Assembly: GCA_903889245.1 (NCBI GenBank)
Contig: CAISWQ010000100.1
Location: forward strand, 37,260 to 101,259
Length of the DNA: 64,000 nucleotides
From: an uncultured Lentisphaerota bacterium
GTDB lineage: Bacteria; Verrucomicrobiota; Kiritimatiellia; CAIQIC01
Direction of reading: 5' to 3'
Shown: in pieces, positions 44,439 to 55,774 of the stretch
Layout: every line of letters starts with the position of its first letter
Numbering within the stretch: the stretch's first letter is position 1
The notes under the pieces: generated by a model
Seen by the model: the letters and a program-made list of their open reading frames with translations, nothing else
What the model was told of the DNA's origin: nothing
The model's database searches: none
Made by a program: the position numbers and the translations under genes

Positions 44439-45275
44439 TTATTTTGGCGCGGGGCCGAGCGTCTGCGCCACGAAGGCCCGCAGCGCCTGCTGGTAGTCCG
44501 CCGGCCAGAGGCCGTCGTTATGTCCACCGGCGAGGGGCACAAATTGTTTCGGCGGGGCCGCGCGCTCGTGCAGCCGGCGGCCCATCTCAAAGGGAATCAT
44601 TTCATCGTCGGGACTGTGCGCGATGAGCTTGGGCACGGTGAGGCGGGCGACGCTATCGAGGGTGTCGTAGCGCGCGCTCACCAGGCGATGGAGCGGCAGA
44701 CCGGGATACATCTGGCGCGCCATGTCGGGCACGGAGGTGAAGGCGCTCTCGAGGATCAGGCCGCGGACTTTTTTCTCGAGCGCGAGCCGCGCGGCCACGG
44801 CGCCGCCGAGCGACTGGCCGTGCAACAGAAGCGGTGGTTGCTCGGCATCGTCATACTGGGCGCGGACAAATTCATAGGCGGCGCGCGCATCGCGGGCGAG
44901 GCCCGGCTCGGTGGGCCAGCCCTGGCTTCGGCCGTAGCCGCGGTAGTCGAACAGGAAGACGTTGACGCCGAGCTGGTGCAGGCGTTGCGCGAGTTCGACG
45001 CGGTGGCCGAGGTTGCCCGCGTTGCCATGACAGTGAAGCAGCGTACCGCGCGCCTGCGGATGCGGCAGCCACCAGCCGTTGAGCTTGACGCCATCCTCCG
45101 TGACGAAGGTGATGTCCTCGAATTTCAGGTCGAGCAGCGCGGGCGTGGCCTCGATTTCTGCCCGCGGAAAGTAGAGCATCTTCCACTCGAAGAAGCGCAG
45201 CGCGCCGTAGACGAGCAGCATGACGGCCAAGATTTGCAGGGCGCGCACCGCCAAGGGAGGCAAGGAAAAGGCCAC
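44439..45275 (-). CDS. Alpha/beta hydrolase with N-terminal membrane anchor
   Basis: HCHGNAGN...GQSLGG nucleophile elbow...HSPDD...GGHND. Confidence 0.75.
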   Translation of the reverse strand: MAFSLPPLAVRALQILAVMLLVYGALRFFEWKMLYFPRAEIEATPALLDLKFEDITFVTEDGVKLNGWWLPHPQARGTLLHCHGNAGNLGHRVELAQRLHQLGVNVFLFDYRGYGRSQGWPTEPGLARDARAAYEFVRAQYDDAEQPPLLLHGQSLGGAVAARLALEKKVRGLILESAFTSVPDMARQMYPGLPLHRLVSARYDTLDSVARLTVPKLIAHSPDDEMIPFEMGRRLHERAAPPKQFVPLAGGHNDGLWPADYQQALRAFVAQTLGPAPK

Positions 45276-45289
45276 GGTCAGTCCTCCTC

Positions 45290-45700
45290 TCGGTGCAAAA
45301 GCGAGGTTGTTAATTGGTCCATATCGGCTTTGTTCCCGTGCCCATCCAAGCCGTGAAAAACGGCCATTTTACGCTGTTTTTCGTAATTTATTCCCGCGCC
45401 TGCGCAGGTGCCGGAATGTTTACGCCTCACGTGCTTGGTTCACAAGCAATTAACAGGCATGTCCATATCTTGTGGATTATTTTTCGGTGCACCCCATTCC
45501 TTGTAGCAAAGAAAAAAGTTTGTTTTTTCTCTTGGTTTCCCCTTGTGCGTTCGCGCCGTCACGGCTAATTACGCTGCGCGGTTTGAGCGACAGGACAGTG
45601 CGAGGGTGTTAATAACCTGTCAATAAGCTGAAAATATCGGGTTGGTGGACAGCGATTTTAGGAAGACGCGTGTGCGTGCTTCTATTGATTTTGGGTTGAT
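45290..45700. promoter_or_regulatory. Candidate oriC / dnaA promoter region (AT-rich, DnaA-box-like motifs)
   Basis: Marked GC drop immediately upstream of dnaA; near-consensus boxes e.g. tgtggatta (TTATCCACA with 1 mismatch), catgtccatatc and ttggtccatatc (TTGTCCACA-like). Confidence 0.45.
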
Positions 45701-45702
45701 TT

Positions 45703-47058
<1,356 letters not shown>

Positions 47059-47313
47059 TTTCCTGTGAGCATCCCTGATTACACCGCTCTGGCATCCTGC
47101 GCACAGATGCGCCATAAAAAGTTTTCAACACAAAAAACCCTCTTTCCATCCAATCATCCACAGGTCATACACAGACAGAAAATGCATCCGACAGCCTAGC
47201 CATGGGTCTAATCAAACTTATTGCACCTCTGAACAGCCCATACTATTATTTCTGCGCCAAACGCCCATAAACAAACGACTATAAGAGCCTGTGGAAAAGA
47301 CCCGGAGGCCGAC
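47059..47313. promoter_or_regulatory. AT-rich dnaA-dnaN spacer with DnaA-box-like motifs (alternative/second oriC segment)
   Basis: tcatccaca and ttttccaca (rc of cctgtggaaaa): each 1 mismatch from TTATCCACA. Confidence 0.4.
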
Positions 47314-48408
47314 ATGAAGCTGAAGGTTAGCAAAGAAAAAATCCTCAATAGTCTGCAGAAGGTCCAGTCGGTGGTCTCCAGCCGGACGACCATTCCGATT
47401 CTTTCCAACGTGCTCATCAAGGCCGAAAAAGACCGGATTCATTTCACGGCGACCGATCTGGATGTCAGCGTCATTGCCGGGTGCGAGGCCCAAGTCACCA
47501 AACCGGGCGCCACCACGCTTCCCGCGCGCCGCATTTTCAGTATTTTCAAGGAACTCCCTGGTCCGGATATCGAATTGGAAGTGGACGATAAGAATCAGGC
47601 GTCCATCCGTAGTGGCTCCTCGTTCTTTAAGCTCGTCGGCGCGTCGGAAGATGAGTTTCCCCCGCTGCCGAAGCTCGACGCGGCGAAAACCTACTCCCTC
47701 GATCAGGGCACGTTCCGCGAAATGGTCCGCTGCACCTGCTATGCGGCGTCCCATGACGAGTCGCGGCCGATGCTCAATGGCGTGCTCTTGAGCTTCAAGG
47801 ACGCCAAACTGGCGGTGGTGGCGACTGACGGCCGACGGATGGCACTCTTCGAGCAGGAAGTCGAGTTTCCGAAGGGCTCCGAGGGCGATCTCATCCTACC
47901 TTTCAAGACCGTTGAGGAACTAAATGCCACGCTGCAAAGCGCCGGCCAACTTAAGATTCTGACCACACCCAAGCAGATCGCCTTCGAGTTCGATGACATC
48001 ATCATCATGTCCAAGCTCGTGGAAGGCACCTTCCCGAATTTCCGGCAGGTCATCCCCGCGCAAGCCGAGGAATCCATCGCCTTGGAGCGCGAGACACTCC
48101 TGACTGCGCTGCGTCGCGTCTCGCTCGTCTCCGGCGATAATTCCACCTCCGCCAAGTTGGCCTTCTCCAAAAACAAGCTGGAGATCACGGTCACCGCGCC
48201 GAACGTCGGCGAAGCCTCCGAGACGCTTCCGATCAAGTTCACCGGCCGCGCCATCACGATCGCGTTCAATCCCGATTTTCTGATGGACCCGCTGCGCACG
48301 CTCACCAGCGACGAAATCTCGCTGGAGCTGACCGACGACATGAACCCCGGCGTCGTCAAGTGCAACGTCCCGTTCCTCTACGTCATCATGCCCATGCGGG
48401 TAAGTTGA
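47314..48408 (+). CDS. dnaN: DNA polymerase III beta sliding clamp
   Basis: Three-domain clamp, ~364 aa, immediately after dnaA. Confidence 0.95.
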   Translation: MKLKVSKEKILNSLQKVQSVVSSRTTIPILSNVLIKAEKDRIHFTATDLDVSVIAGCEAQVTKPGATTLPARRIFSIFKELPGPDIELEVDDKNQASIRSGSSFFKLVGASEDEFPPLPKLDAAKTYSLDQGTFREMVRCTCYAASHDESRPMLNGVLLSFKDAKLAVVATDGRRMALFEQEVEFPKGSEGDLILPFKTVEELNATLQSAGQLKILTTPKQIAFEFDDIIIMSKLVEGTFPNFRQVIPAQAEESIALERETLLTALRRVSLVSGDNSTSAKLAFSKNKLEITVTAPNVGEASETLPIKFTGRAITIAFNPDFLMDPLRTLTSDEISLELTDDMNPGVVKCNVPFLYVIMPMRVS

Positions 48409-48522
48409 GGCGCGCCATTTCCAAACCTTGGAAAACCCAACCCGTGGTTTTTCCAAGCCTTGGAAAAGAAAGGCCCGAAATTTTCCAACGCTTGGAAAAA
48501 AGACCTGTGTGGCTTTCCAATC
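48408..48522. repeat. Palindromic repeat cluster 9 (4 copies, 31-33-bp phasing)
   Basis: atttccaaaccttggaaaac / tttttccaagccttggaaaaga / attttccaacgcttggaaaaaa / ctttccaatccttggaaca. Confidence 0.85.
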
Positions 48523-48550
48523 CTTGGAACATCCCGCCGAAAGCGATGCC

Positions 48551-49723
48551 ATGAAAGTCGGCCTCGACCTGCTGAATTTCCAGACCTCGCAATATTTCCT
48601 CCCGCTGGCCACGCTGGCGCGGGAACGCGGCACCGACGCCGAGAAGTATCACACCGGCCTCGGCCAGGAACGTATGGCCGTCCCGCCGCCCGACGAGGAC
48701 GTGGTGACACTCGCCGCCGGCGCCGCCCTGCCGCTGCTCGATAAAACCAATCCCGACGACATCGAACTGCTGTTGTTCGGCACCGAGAGCGGCGTGGACC
48801 AGTCGAAGGCCGCCGCGATGTTCGTCCACGGCCTGCTCGGCCTGAACAAGCGCTGCCGCGCGGTCGAGATCAAGGAAGCCTGCTATGCCGCGACCGCCGG
48901 CCTCCACCTGGCGCTGTCGTGGGTTCAGCAACATCCGACCAAGAAGGCGCTGGTCATCGGCGCCGACATCGCCCGCTATGACCTCGGCAGTCCCGGCGAG
49001 CCCACGCAGGGCTGCGGCGCGGTCGCCATGCTTATCAGCGCCGAACCACGGCTGCTCGCGATTGATCCCGAAACCGGCTTCCACGCCGAGAACGTGATGG
49101 ACTTCTGGCGGCCAAACTACCGCACCGAAGCGCTCGTGGATGGCAAGTACTCCACGCTCGTCTATCTCTCGACGCTGGTGGATTCCTGGCGGCAGTACAA
49201 GGCGTTGAGCGGCCGCCGTCTCGACGATCTCGCGCGCAGTTGCTTCCATCTGCCGTTCACGCGGCTGGCGGAGAAGGCCTTCGTCCGCGTCTGCCGCGAG
49301 GAGAAAATCCCGGAGCCGGCGCCGGACGAAATCCACCGCCGCGTCGGCGCGTCGCTGCTGTATAACCGGCAGACGGGCAACACCTATGCGGCGTCGCTCT
49401 ACGAGGGGTTGGCCGCGCTGCTCGACAACGATCCCGAGGACCTGACCGGCAAGCGCATCAGCCTGTTCAGCTACGGCTCCGGCTGCATGGCGGAGTTTTT
49501 CAGCGGCGTCGTGCAGAGCGGCTACCGCGCGCACCTGTTCACCGGCCGCCACCAGCAGATGCTGGCCAACCGCACCGAGCTGACCTACCGCCAGTACGAG
49601 GACATTTTCCGCTACGCCATCCCCGACGACGGCGGCGACCACGTCCTGGCACCCTACCGCACCGGGCCTTTTAGGTTGCAAGGCGTCCGAAAGCATGTAC
49701 GGTGCTACGCGAAAGCGACATGA
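48551..49723 (+). CDS. mvaS: Hydroxymethylglutaryl-CoA synthase
   Basis: Catalytic Cys context EIKEACYAATAGL, His/Asn segments (NVMDFWRP, GNTYAASLY); 391 aa; start at MKVGLDL within track ORF 48428..49723. Confidence 0.85.
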   Translation: MKVGLDLLNFQTSQYFLPLATLARERGTDAEKYHTGLGQERMAVPPPDEDVVTLAAGAALPLLDKTNPDDIELLLFGTESGVDQSKAAAMFVHGLLGLNKRCRAVEIKEACYAATAGLHLALSWVQQHPTKKALVIGADIARYDLGSPGEPTQGCGAVAMLISAEPRLLAIDPETGFHAENVMDFWRPNYRTEALVDGKYSTLVYLSTLVDSWRQYKALSGRRLDDLARSCFHLPFTRLAEKAFVRVCREEKIPEPAPDEIHRRVGASLLYNRQTGNTYAASLYEGLAALLDNDPEDLTGKRISLFSYGSGCMAEFFSGVVQSGYRAHLFTGRHQQMLANRTELTYRQYEDIFRYAIPDDGGDHVLAPYRTGPFRLQGVRKHVRCYAKAT

Positions 49724-50724
49724 GAGCCATTGCCCCAGGCAAACTGATCTTGAGCGGCGAGCACGCGGTCGTGTATGGCAAGCCCGCGCTCGCGATGGCC
49801 GTCAACCGCCACGCCGAGAGCAGCATCACGCCCGAAGCGCTGGAGGAAATCGGCTTCGAGCTCTCCGACCTGCGCGAGAGCGAGCGGTTCACCATCCGCG
49901 CCCTGCGCGAGATGAAGGCGCGCGTCCACAAGAACTACCAGCTTTTTCTCGAAGGCAGGCTCGGCATCCGCGAAGTCCTGCGCAAGCCCGTCGAGCTGTT
50001 CGAGTTCGCGTTCATCAACCTGCTTGATGGCCTGCACCTGAAGGTCGAGAAGGGCCTGAACATCCGGCTGCACTCCACGATCCCGATCGGCTGCGGTATG
50101 GGCTCCAGCGCGGCGACGCTCTTGAGCGTCCTGCGCGTCATCGGCCACTACTTCCGCGTCGAGTTCCGGCCCGACTGGTACCTGAATTACAGCATCGAGG
50201 CCGAGAAGCTCCAGCACGGCCACTCCAGCGGCGTGGACCCCTACATTTCGCTGCACGGCGGCTGTGCGCGCTTCCAGCAGGGCGCGGCCCGGCCGCTGCC
50301 GCTGCCGCGCGCGCCGATGTACCTCATCCAGACCGGCACGCCGCAGACCACCACTGGCGAGTGCGTCAGCCGCGTCCGCGAACTGCATGCCAACGACCCG
50401 CTCTGGAACGACTTCGAGGCCGTCACCAACGCCATGGAAGCCGCGCTGATCGCCAACGACCGCCGCGACATCCGCGACGCCGTCCGCGAAAACCACAAGC
50501 TGCTGACGAAGATCGGCGTCGTACCGGAGAAAGTGCAGAGCTTCATCCGCGACGTCGAGGTCGCCGGCCATGCCGCGAAAATCTGCGGCGCGGGCGCGGT
50601 CGCCGGCGAGCACGGCGGCATGGTCCTCGTCTTCGCCAGCCAGCAGCCCGACGCGCTCTGCCAGAAATACGGCTACACCCCGCTGACCATCCACGGCGAC
50701 CCGCTCGGCGTACGCTTGGTCTGA
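49720..50724 (+). CDS. mvk: Mevalonate kinase (GHMP kinase family)
   Basis: PGKLILSGEHAVVYG N-terminal motif, GHMP ATP-binding loop PIGCGMGSSAA; ATGA overlap with mvaS. Confidence 0.85.
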   Translation: MRAIAPGKLILSGEHAVVYGKPALAMAVNRHAESSITPEALEEIGFELSDLRESERFTIRALREMKARVHKNYQLFLEGRLGIREVLRKPVELFEFAFINLLDGLHLKVEKGLNIRLHSTIPIGCGMGSSAATLLSVLRVIGHYFRVEFRPDWYLNYSIEAEKLQHGHSSGVDPYISLHGGCARFQQGAARPLPLPRAPMYLIQTGTPQTTTGECVSRVRELHANDPLWNDFEAVTNAMEAALIANDRRDIRDAVRENHKLLTKIGVVPEKVQSFIRDVEVAGHAAKICGAGAVAGEHGGMVLVFASQQPDALCQKYGYTPLTIHGDPLGVRLV

Positions 50725-50803
50725 AAGCTGGATGCCAGCCCCGATTTTACAATCGTAGTGCTCCCTCCCAGAATTGCCAACCCCGGTGCTCTTGTCCGAA
50801 GAA

Positions 50804-51946
50804 TCACCGTACCGTCAGGTGGGCCAGCTTGATATCACGGACGGCGGCAACACGGCGCGCGATGGAGGGATGGCTATGCAACAAGCATTCAATCCACGCG
50901 GCTGGCTCGCGGTCGTCGAGATTTTGTAACGCCAATTTTTCCAAGGCACCAATCAGGGGCGCATTGGAGCCAAGGGTGGCGACGGCATAGGCGTCGGCGG
51001 CGTATTCGCGGCGGCGAGAGTAGGTATTCACCAGTGGCATTGTAACCAGCGAGAACAGGAACAGGCAGAACACCAGTAGCGGGAAGCCGGCGATATCAGC
51101 CGCGCCGGAGAAACCTGCCGCCAAGGTCATTTTTCCCAGTACAAGATGCAGCAGCCCAAAAGCCAGGCCGGCCAAGGCGCTGCCGACCACGAGCAGGCGC
51201 GTCAGGTCGTGATGGCGTTGATGGCCCAGTTCGTGGGCGAGCACGGCGAGAATTTCATCGGTGGTATAGCCCTTGAGCAGTGTATCGCCGAGAATGATAC
51301 GGCGGGTGCGGCCGAGACCTGCCAGCGCGGCGTTGGCGGTCGCTGTTTTCTCGGCAAGGCCCCACCGGAAAACGCCGGTGATCTTGAGGCCGGCACGCTG
51401 GGCGAACCCGGTGACGCGCTGGACGAGTTCGGGGTTATCGAGCGGTTCGAACTTGTGAAAAAGAGGCATGATCAACACCGGCGCAACGGCGCTCAAACCG
51501 ATGCTAAAAATGACGTAGAAGCCCGTTGCGAACAACCACCACGTATCCGGCGCCCAATGGAGCAGCGCATAGAGCACTTCGAAAAAGACCAGCGCCAGCG
51601 CCAACTCCAGCAGCAGCCCCTTGGCGTAGTCCCAGAGCCAGCTCCCGAAGGTCTGCCGGCTCAAGCCATAGCGATGTTCAAGCGCGTGCTCTTCATAAAA
51701 GGACAGCGGGAAAGTGAAGGCGGCGAACCCGAAGACTGCGGTCAGGATATAGAGGCCATGGGTGAGTGGCCACCATCCGCCGCAGTGGGTGCGCAAACCT
51801 GCCGCCAAGTGTACAGAACCACCGGCAAAGTGAAATACCGCCAAGGCGAGCGCCGTCACCAGCAGGCGTATCACAAAAAGGCGGTTATGGAGACTCTCGT
51901 ATTCCCGCGCCTGCCGGGCGCGCTCGGCGGTGTCCGCGGGCGTCAT
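50804..51946 (-). CDS. M48-family zinc metallopeptidase (Ste24/HtpX-like)
   Basis: HELGH zinc-binding motif, multiple TM helices. Confidence 0.8.
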   Translation of the reverse strand: MTPADTAERARQAREYESLHNRLFVIRLLVTALALAVFHFAGGSVHLAAGLRTHCGGWWPLTHGLYILTAVFGFAAFTFPLSFYEEHALEHRYGLSRQTFGSWLWDYAKGLLLELALALVFFEVLYALLHWAPDTWWLFATGFYVIFSIGLSAVAPVLIMPLFHKFEPLDNPELVQRVTGFAQRAGLKITGVFRWGLAEKTATANAALAGLGRTRRIILGDTLLKGYTTDEILAVLAHELGHQRHHDLTRLLVVGSALAGLAFGLLHLVLGKMTLAAGFSGAADIAGFPLLVFCLFLFSLVTMPLVNTYSRRREYAADAYAVATLGSNAPLIGALEKLALQNLDDREPAAWIECLLHSHPSIARRVAAVRDIKLAHLTVR

Positions 51947-51948
51947 GA

Positions 51949-52899
51949 CTACGGACTTTCGGAGAGGCCCAGCATGGTCAGGAGACGGTCCAAGTCGTCG
52001 TTGTCATAGAAGTCCACCTCGAGAGTGCCCTTGACCTTCTTGCCATTGGCTAGGGTGCGGACGGGTGTCAGGCGGACGGCGGTACCAAAATGGCGATGCA
52101 GGCGGTCGGTCAGATCACGCAGATAGTCGGCGGGTAGATCGCTCTTCTCGGCACGCGGCTTGCGCGGAGTTTTCTTGATACGGTTGACGATGCGCTCCAG
52201 CGTGCGTACCGACAGACCTTCTTCCGCTACACGTTCGGCCAGCAGTTCCTGCTCGCGCGCCAGTTCCAGACCGAGCAGCACCTTGGCGTGGCCGGGCGAG
52301 ACGCGGCCTCCGGAAACCATCTGGCGCACCGTCTCGGAGAGATCCAGCATACGCAGTGCATTGGCCACCGAGGCGCGCGCCTTGCCCACACGCTGCGCAA
52401 TCTGTTCCTGCGTCAGGTTGAACGTCTCGGCAAGCTGGCGGTAACCTTCGGCCTCCTCCATGACGTTCAAATCTTCGCGCTGGAGATTTTCGATGAGTGC
52501 CATCTCCAAGGCTTGCTGATCGCTGGCGGCAATGACCCGGACAGGAATTTCCTTGAGGCCGACGACTTGGGCGGCGCGCCAGCGGCGCTCGCCTCCGATC
52601 AACTCGAAAGTATCGCCGGCGCGGCGGACGGTGAGCGGTTGAAGCACACCTTTCTCACGGATGGACTGCGCCAATTCCTCAATCGCTTCCTGTGTAAAAT
52701 GTTTGCGAGGTTGCCAGCGGCTGGGATGAACCGCCTCGGGCGCGACATGCAGAATTTTCTCGCTAGGCGGTTCCGGTTTGGCGGGGCTGGCGGCTCCCGT
52801 CGCTGCCGGGGGTACGGGAGGAGGCGTCACAACTTTTTTGGCCGCGTCCTGAATCAACGCCCCCAGTCCGCGTCCGAGACCGATATGTTTGGCTGCCAT
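51949..52899 (-). CDS. parB: ParB/Spo0J-family partition protein
   Basis: GLGRGLGALI N-terminal motif; ParB box (LIGGERRWRAA); HTH. Confidence 0.85.
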   Translation of the reverse strand: MAAKHIGLGRGLGALIQDAAKKVVTPPPVPPAATGAASPAKPEPPSEKILHVAPEAVHPSRWQPRKHFTQEAIEELAQSIREKGVLQPLTVRRAGDTFELIGGERRWRAAQVVGLKEIPVRVIAASDQQALEMALIENLQREDLNVMEEAEGYRQLAETFNLTQEQIAQRVGKARASVANALRMLDLSETVRQMVSGGRVSPGHAKVLLGLELAREQELLAERVAEEGLSVRTLERIVNRIKKTPRKPRAEKSDLPADYLRDLTDRLHRHFGTAVRLTPVRTLANGKKVKGTLEVDFYDNDDLDRLLTMLGLSESP

Positions 52900-52917
52900 G
52901 GTGATGCTTCCGTTGGC

Positions 52918-53580
52918 TTAAGGTGGTGGCGCGAAGAACGTCCATACGTTGCCGGGATTGCCTGGTGCTTTTGTCACCAGCCCATCGCGCGTGTTATAGG
53001 TTCGTACAGCATAAGAGGCCATCAAATAGTTGCCGGCCATGCCTTTGTTGTGGGTATTAGGGTAACGACCATGCGCAATCAGGGCTGCTGGAGGCACACC
53101 GATACGCGGTTGCTTGAGACGGTCAGCCGAGTTCAGGTCGGCAATCAGGATCAGGTCGCCCATCTGGCTGGTACCCTCGAAATCACGCAGGCGTGCGGGT
53201 TTGTTACCCTCGTTCCGAAAGGGCGTCCGGGCGCGGGCGCCATTGGCGCCATAACTGATGCGGTCGCCGTTGGGCGTCTGGCCGGAATCGGACACACACC
53301 AGAAGAGATTGGTGGTGTAGCCCACATAGCCCAGCAGGGCGACATCCCAAGTGTTGGTGGTGCCCGCCAGCTCCGGCAGCGCATCCTTGTTGTCGGCGGC
53401 ATATTGCGGGATGGCCTTGCCCAGTTGCGATAGGTTGTTGGCGCAGTGTGTGACCTTGCCTTTTTCCAGCGAACTGATTACCGCCGGCAGGAGAATCGCC
53501 ATCATAATGCCGATGACGGCGAGGACCACCAGCAATTCGATCAACGTAAAACCGCGCCGCTCATGGAACAAGGTTTTCAT
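52918..53580 (-). CDS. Prepilin-type N-terminal cleavage/methylation domain protein with DUF1559 (H-X9-DG) domain
   Basis: GFTLIELLVVLAVIGIMMAIL prepilin signature; start at MKTLFHERRGFTLIELL within track ORF 52918..53712. Confidence 0.8.
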   Translation of the reverse strand: MKTLFHERRGFTLIELLVVLAVIGIMMAILLPAVISSLEKGKVTHCANNLSQLGKAIPQYAADNKDALPELAGTTNTWDVALLGYVGYTTNLFWCVSDSGQTPNGDRISYGANGARARTPFRNEGNKPARLRDFEGTSQMGDLILIADLNSADRLKQPRIGVPPAALIAHGRYPNTHNKGMAGNYLMASYAVRTYNTRDGLVTKAPGNPGNVWTFFAPPP

Positions 53581-53724
53581 AATCCGTTTCCCAAGGCCGG
53601 CGGCAGTATATCGGCCGCCCTTCCGCTTGACAACGCCGCGGCGGAAAAAAGCGGTGGCGGCAGAAGAAGCCGGAAACGCCGGCTGACCGCGCCTATGGCT
53701 CTGCTTTATCACAGAAACGTGGAT

Positions 53725-53777
53725 ATTTTCCTACCCTTGGGAAAAAGCCGCTTCCACTTTCCCGTGGTTGGAAATTA
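53725..53777. repeat. Palindromic repeat cluster 10 (2 degenerate copies)
   Basis: ttttcctacccttgggaaaaa / ctttcccgtggttggaaatt. Confidence 0.55.
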
Positions 53778-53784
53778 CTGAAAC

Positions 53785-54300
53785 AGAAAACCATGAAAGC
53801 AGAAAATTTTCTGAATCTGCTGTCTGCTCTCCTAATGCAATCTTCTTCCACGCCGCCAGCGGCCTTGACCCCGCCGTGAAAGTGGCTAGCCAATAGCGAT
53901 ACAGATCGCACAGTTGGTACTCCTGTTTATTGGCGCTGGCGTGAAGTAAAGAGGTATATTTGCAAAGAAAAACGAAGAAGACACCGCCAAGAGCATGGCA
54001 CAGTCCGCTACCTGAATCTCTCGGCAATCTGGTCGAGGAGAAAATATCTAGCGGCAGGCTGTTCAAGGTCGTCATCATCCAAACGCGTGAGGGGCATTTC
54101 ACTATTTATGGATATTGATTCGACGACTCTGACCTGAAGGAAGGACGATCCAATTCGGTGGGTTGGTTTCATGTGTCGGGTTCCTCAATCACAGATTCAT
54201 TGCCACGTGCCAAGGAATTGGCGGATGCTTGCTTGAACGAATGGGCAAAAGAGGAGATGAATTTCGAACTAGGTTCATGAGCATACGGTTGAGGCCGTTG
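53785..54300. other. AT-rich (~45% GC) apparently non-coding island
   Basis: No long, protein-like ORF; composition strongly deviates from the ~67% GC flanks; only short ORFs (e.g. 28-aa MKAENFLNLLSALLMQSSSTPPAALTPP). Confidence 0.5.
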
Positions 54301-54301
54301 C

Positions 54302-55486
54302 TCACCACTTCGTCACCGGATTTTCACGCGTCTGCAGCGGGAAGGTGACGCGCTGGCTGCCGAGGCGGTGGGAGTCGAAGACGGCGCAGATCATTTCGAT
54401 GGTGGTGCGGCCGGCTTGGGCGTCGCAGAGCGGGGCGCGGTGCTCGCGTAGCGCGGCGAGGAGGTCGCGGACGGCGAGTTGGTGGCTGCTGACGAGCCGG
54501 GCGAGGTCGGCGATCGGCTCGGGCCGGCCGGGGCCCGCGGAACTGACCGGCACCCACGCACGCGGCTCCTTGCGAAGCTGCACCGCACCGCCCGGCAGCA
54601 GATGCACGAACGGTTCCTGATCCACGCGGAAATCCAGCGTACCCGCCGTGCCGATCAGTTGCAGGCCGAAGCCCGCCTGCTTATCGCCCGCCTTCTGCAC
54701 CGAATCGAAGAACGCCGGAATGCCGCGCTCGGTCTCGTAGCGCGCGTGAACCTCATTGCCCGCGAGCGGGCCGGTGCCCTCGGCGCCGTCCTTCACATCG
54801 GCGCGCGTCGCGGGGCGACCGTCCTGCAACACTGTCGCAGTACAGGCGGCCGGCGCGCCGCAGAAGAAGTTGATCAGGTTGAACAGGTGCGCGCCGAGCA
54901 CCCAGAGGTCGAGCGCGCCGCCGCGTTCATCCTCCTTGCCGCGCGCGCGGATTTCCAACAGCCGCCCCAGCGCGCCCTCCTTGACCAGCTTCTCCGCGAC
55001 GGGGAGCGCGGGGTGATAGCGGTTGCGGTGTGCCACGGCGAGCTTCGCGCCGCTTTTTCCGCAGGCGGCGAGGATCGCATCGGCCTCGGCAGGCGAGCGG
55101 CAGAATGGTTTCTCGCAGTAGATGCCGCGCGCGCCGGCCGCGAGCGCGGCCAGCGCCATGTCGTGGTGTTCATCTATGAAGCGCGGCGCGATGGCGACGA
55201 TGTCCGGCTTGGCCTCCGCGAGCATCGCGCGGTAATCGGCATAGCCCTTCGCCAGCTTGAGCCGCTGCTGCGCGGCGGCCAGTCCCTTCGCGTCGGCATC
55301 GGCGACGGCGACCAGCTCGACCTCGTCCGGCAGCGTGAGCCAGACCACGTCGAGGCCGTGGCCATAGTTGCCGCGTCCGGTATGGCCGATGACGGCGACG
55401 CGCAGCTTGCGCTCCGCCGCGCTCGCGTGCATCGCGAGCGCAAACCCCGCAGAAAGAGTGGAGCCGATAAACTGTCGCCGGTTCAT
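54302..55486 (-). CDS. Tat-exported Gfo/Idh/MocA-family NAD(P)-dependent oxidoreductase
   Basis: Twin-arginine signal MNRRQFIGSTLSAGFALAMHASAA; Rossmann motif VAVIGHTGRGNYGH; EKP motif (YCEKPF). Confidence 0.8.
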   Translation of the reverse strand: MNRRQFIGSTLSAGFALAMHASAAERKLRVAVIGHTGRGNYGHGLDVVWLTLPDEVELVAVADADAKGLAAAQQRLKLAKGYADYRAMLAEAKPDIVAIAPRFIDEHHDMALAALAAGARGIYCEKPFCRSPAEADAILAACGKSGAKLAVAHRNRYHPALPVAEKLVKEGALGRLLEIRARGKEDERGGALDLWVLGAHLFNLINFFCGAPAACTATVLQDGRPATRADVKDGAEGTGPLAGNEVHARYETERGIPAFFDSVQKAGDKQAGFGLQLIGTAGTLDFRVDQEPFVHLLPGGAVQLRKEPRAWVPVSSAGPGRPEPIADLARLVSSHQLAVRDLLAALREHRAPLCDAQAGRTTIEMICAVFDSHRLGSQRVTFPLQTRENPVTKW

Positions 55487-55604
55487 GATGCCTCCTGGCT
55501 CCCGGCGAGTTCGCCCCGCCGGAGCGGATGTTCCGAGGCTCACGCGCGTCCATCTCCAAGCTTCTTCTTCTATCGGACTTGCCGGCCAGGCTCGGCGTCC
55601 GCCA

Positions 55605-55658
55605 CGTTTTTCCAAGGCTTGGAAAATTCCGGTCACGGTTTTCCCATACTTGGAAAGC
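55605..55658. repeat. Palindromic repeat cluster 11 (2 copies)
   Basis: tttttccaaggcttggaaaatt / ttttcccatacttggaaagc. Confidence 0.8.
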
Positions 55659-55774
55659 TGCACTGTGTCCACTTGATTTGCGCGGGCGCTGGTGCGGCGG
55701 AAATCGGCGTTGACAGGCCGGCTGTGCCTTCTATGCTGCCCGCGCCGATCGCAACCGAACCATCAACCGGAGCC

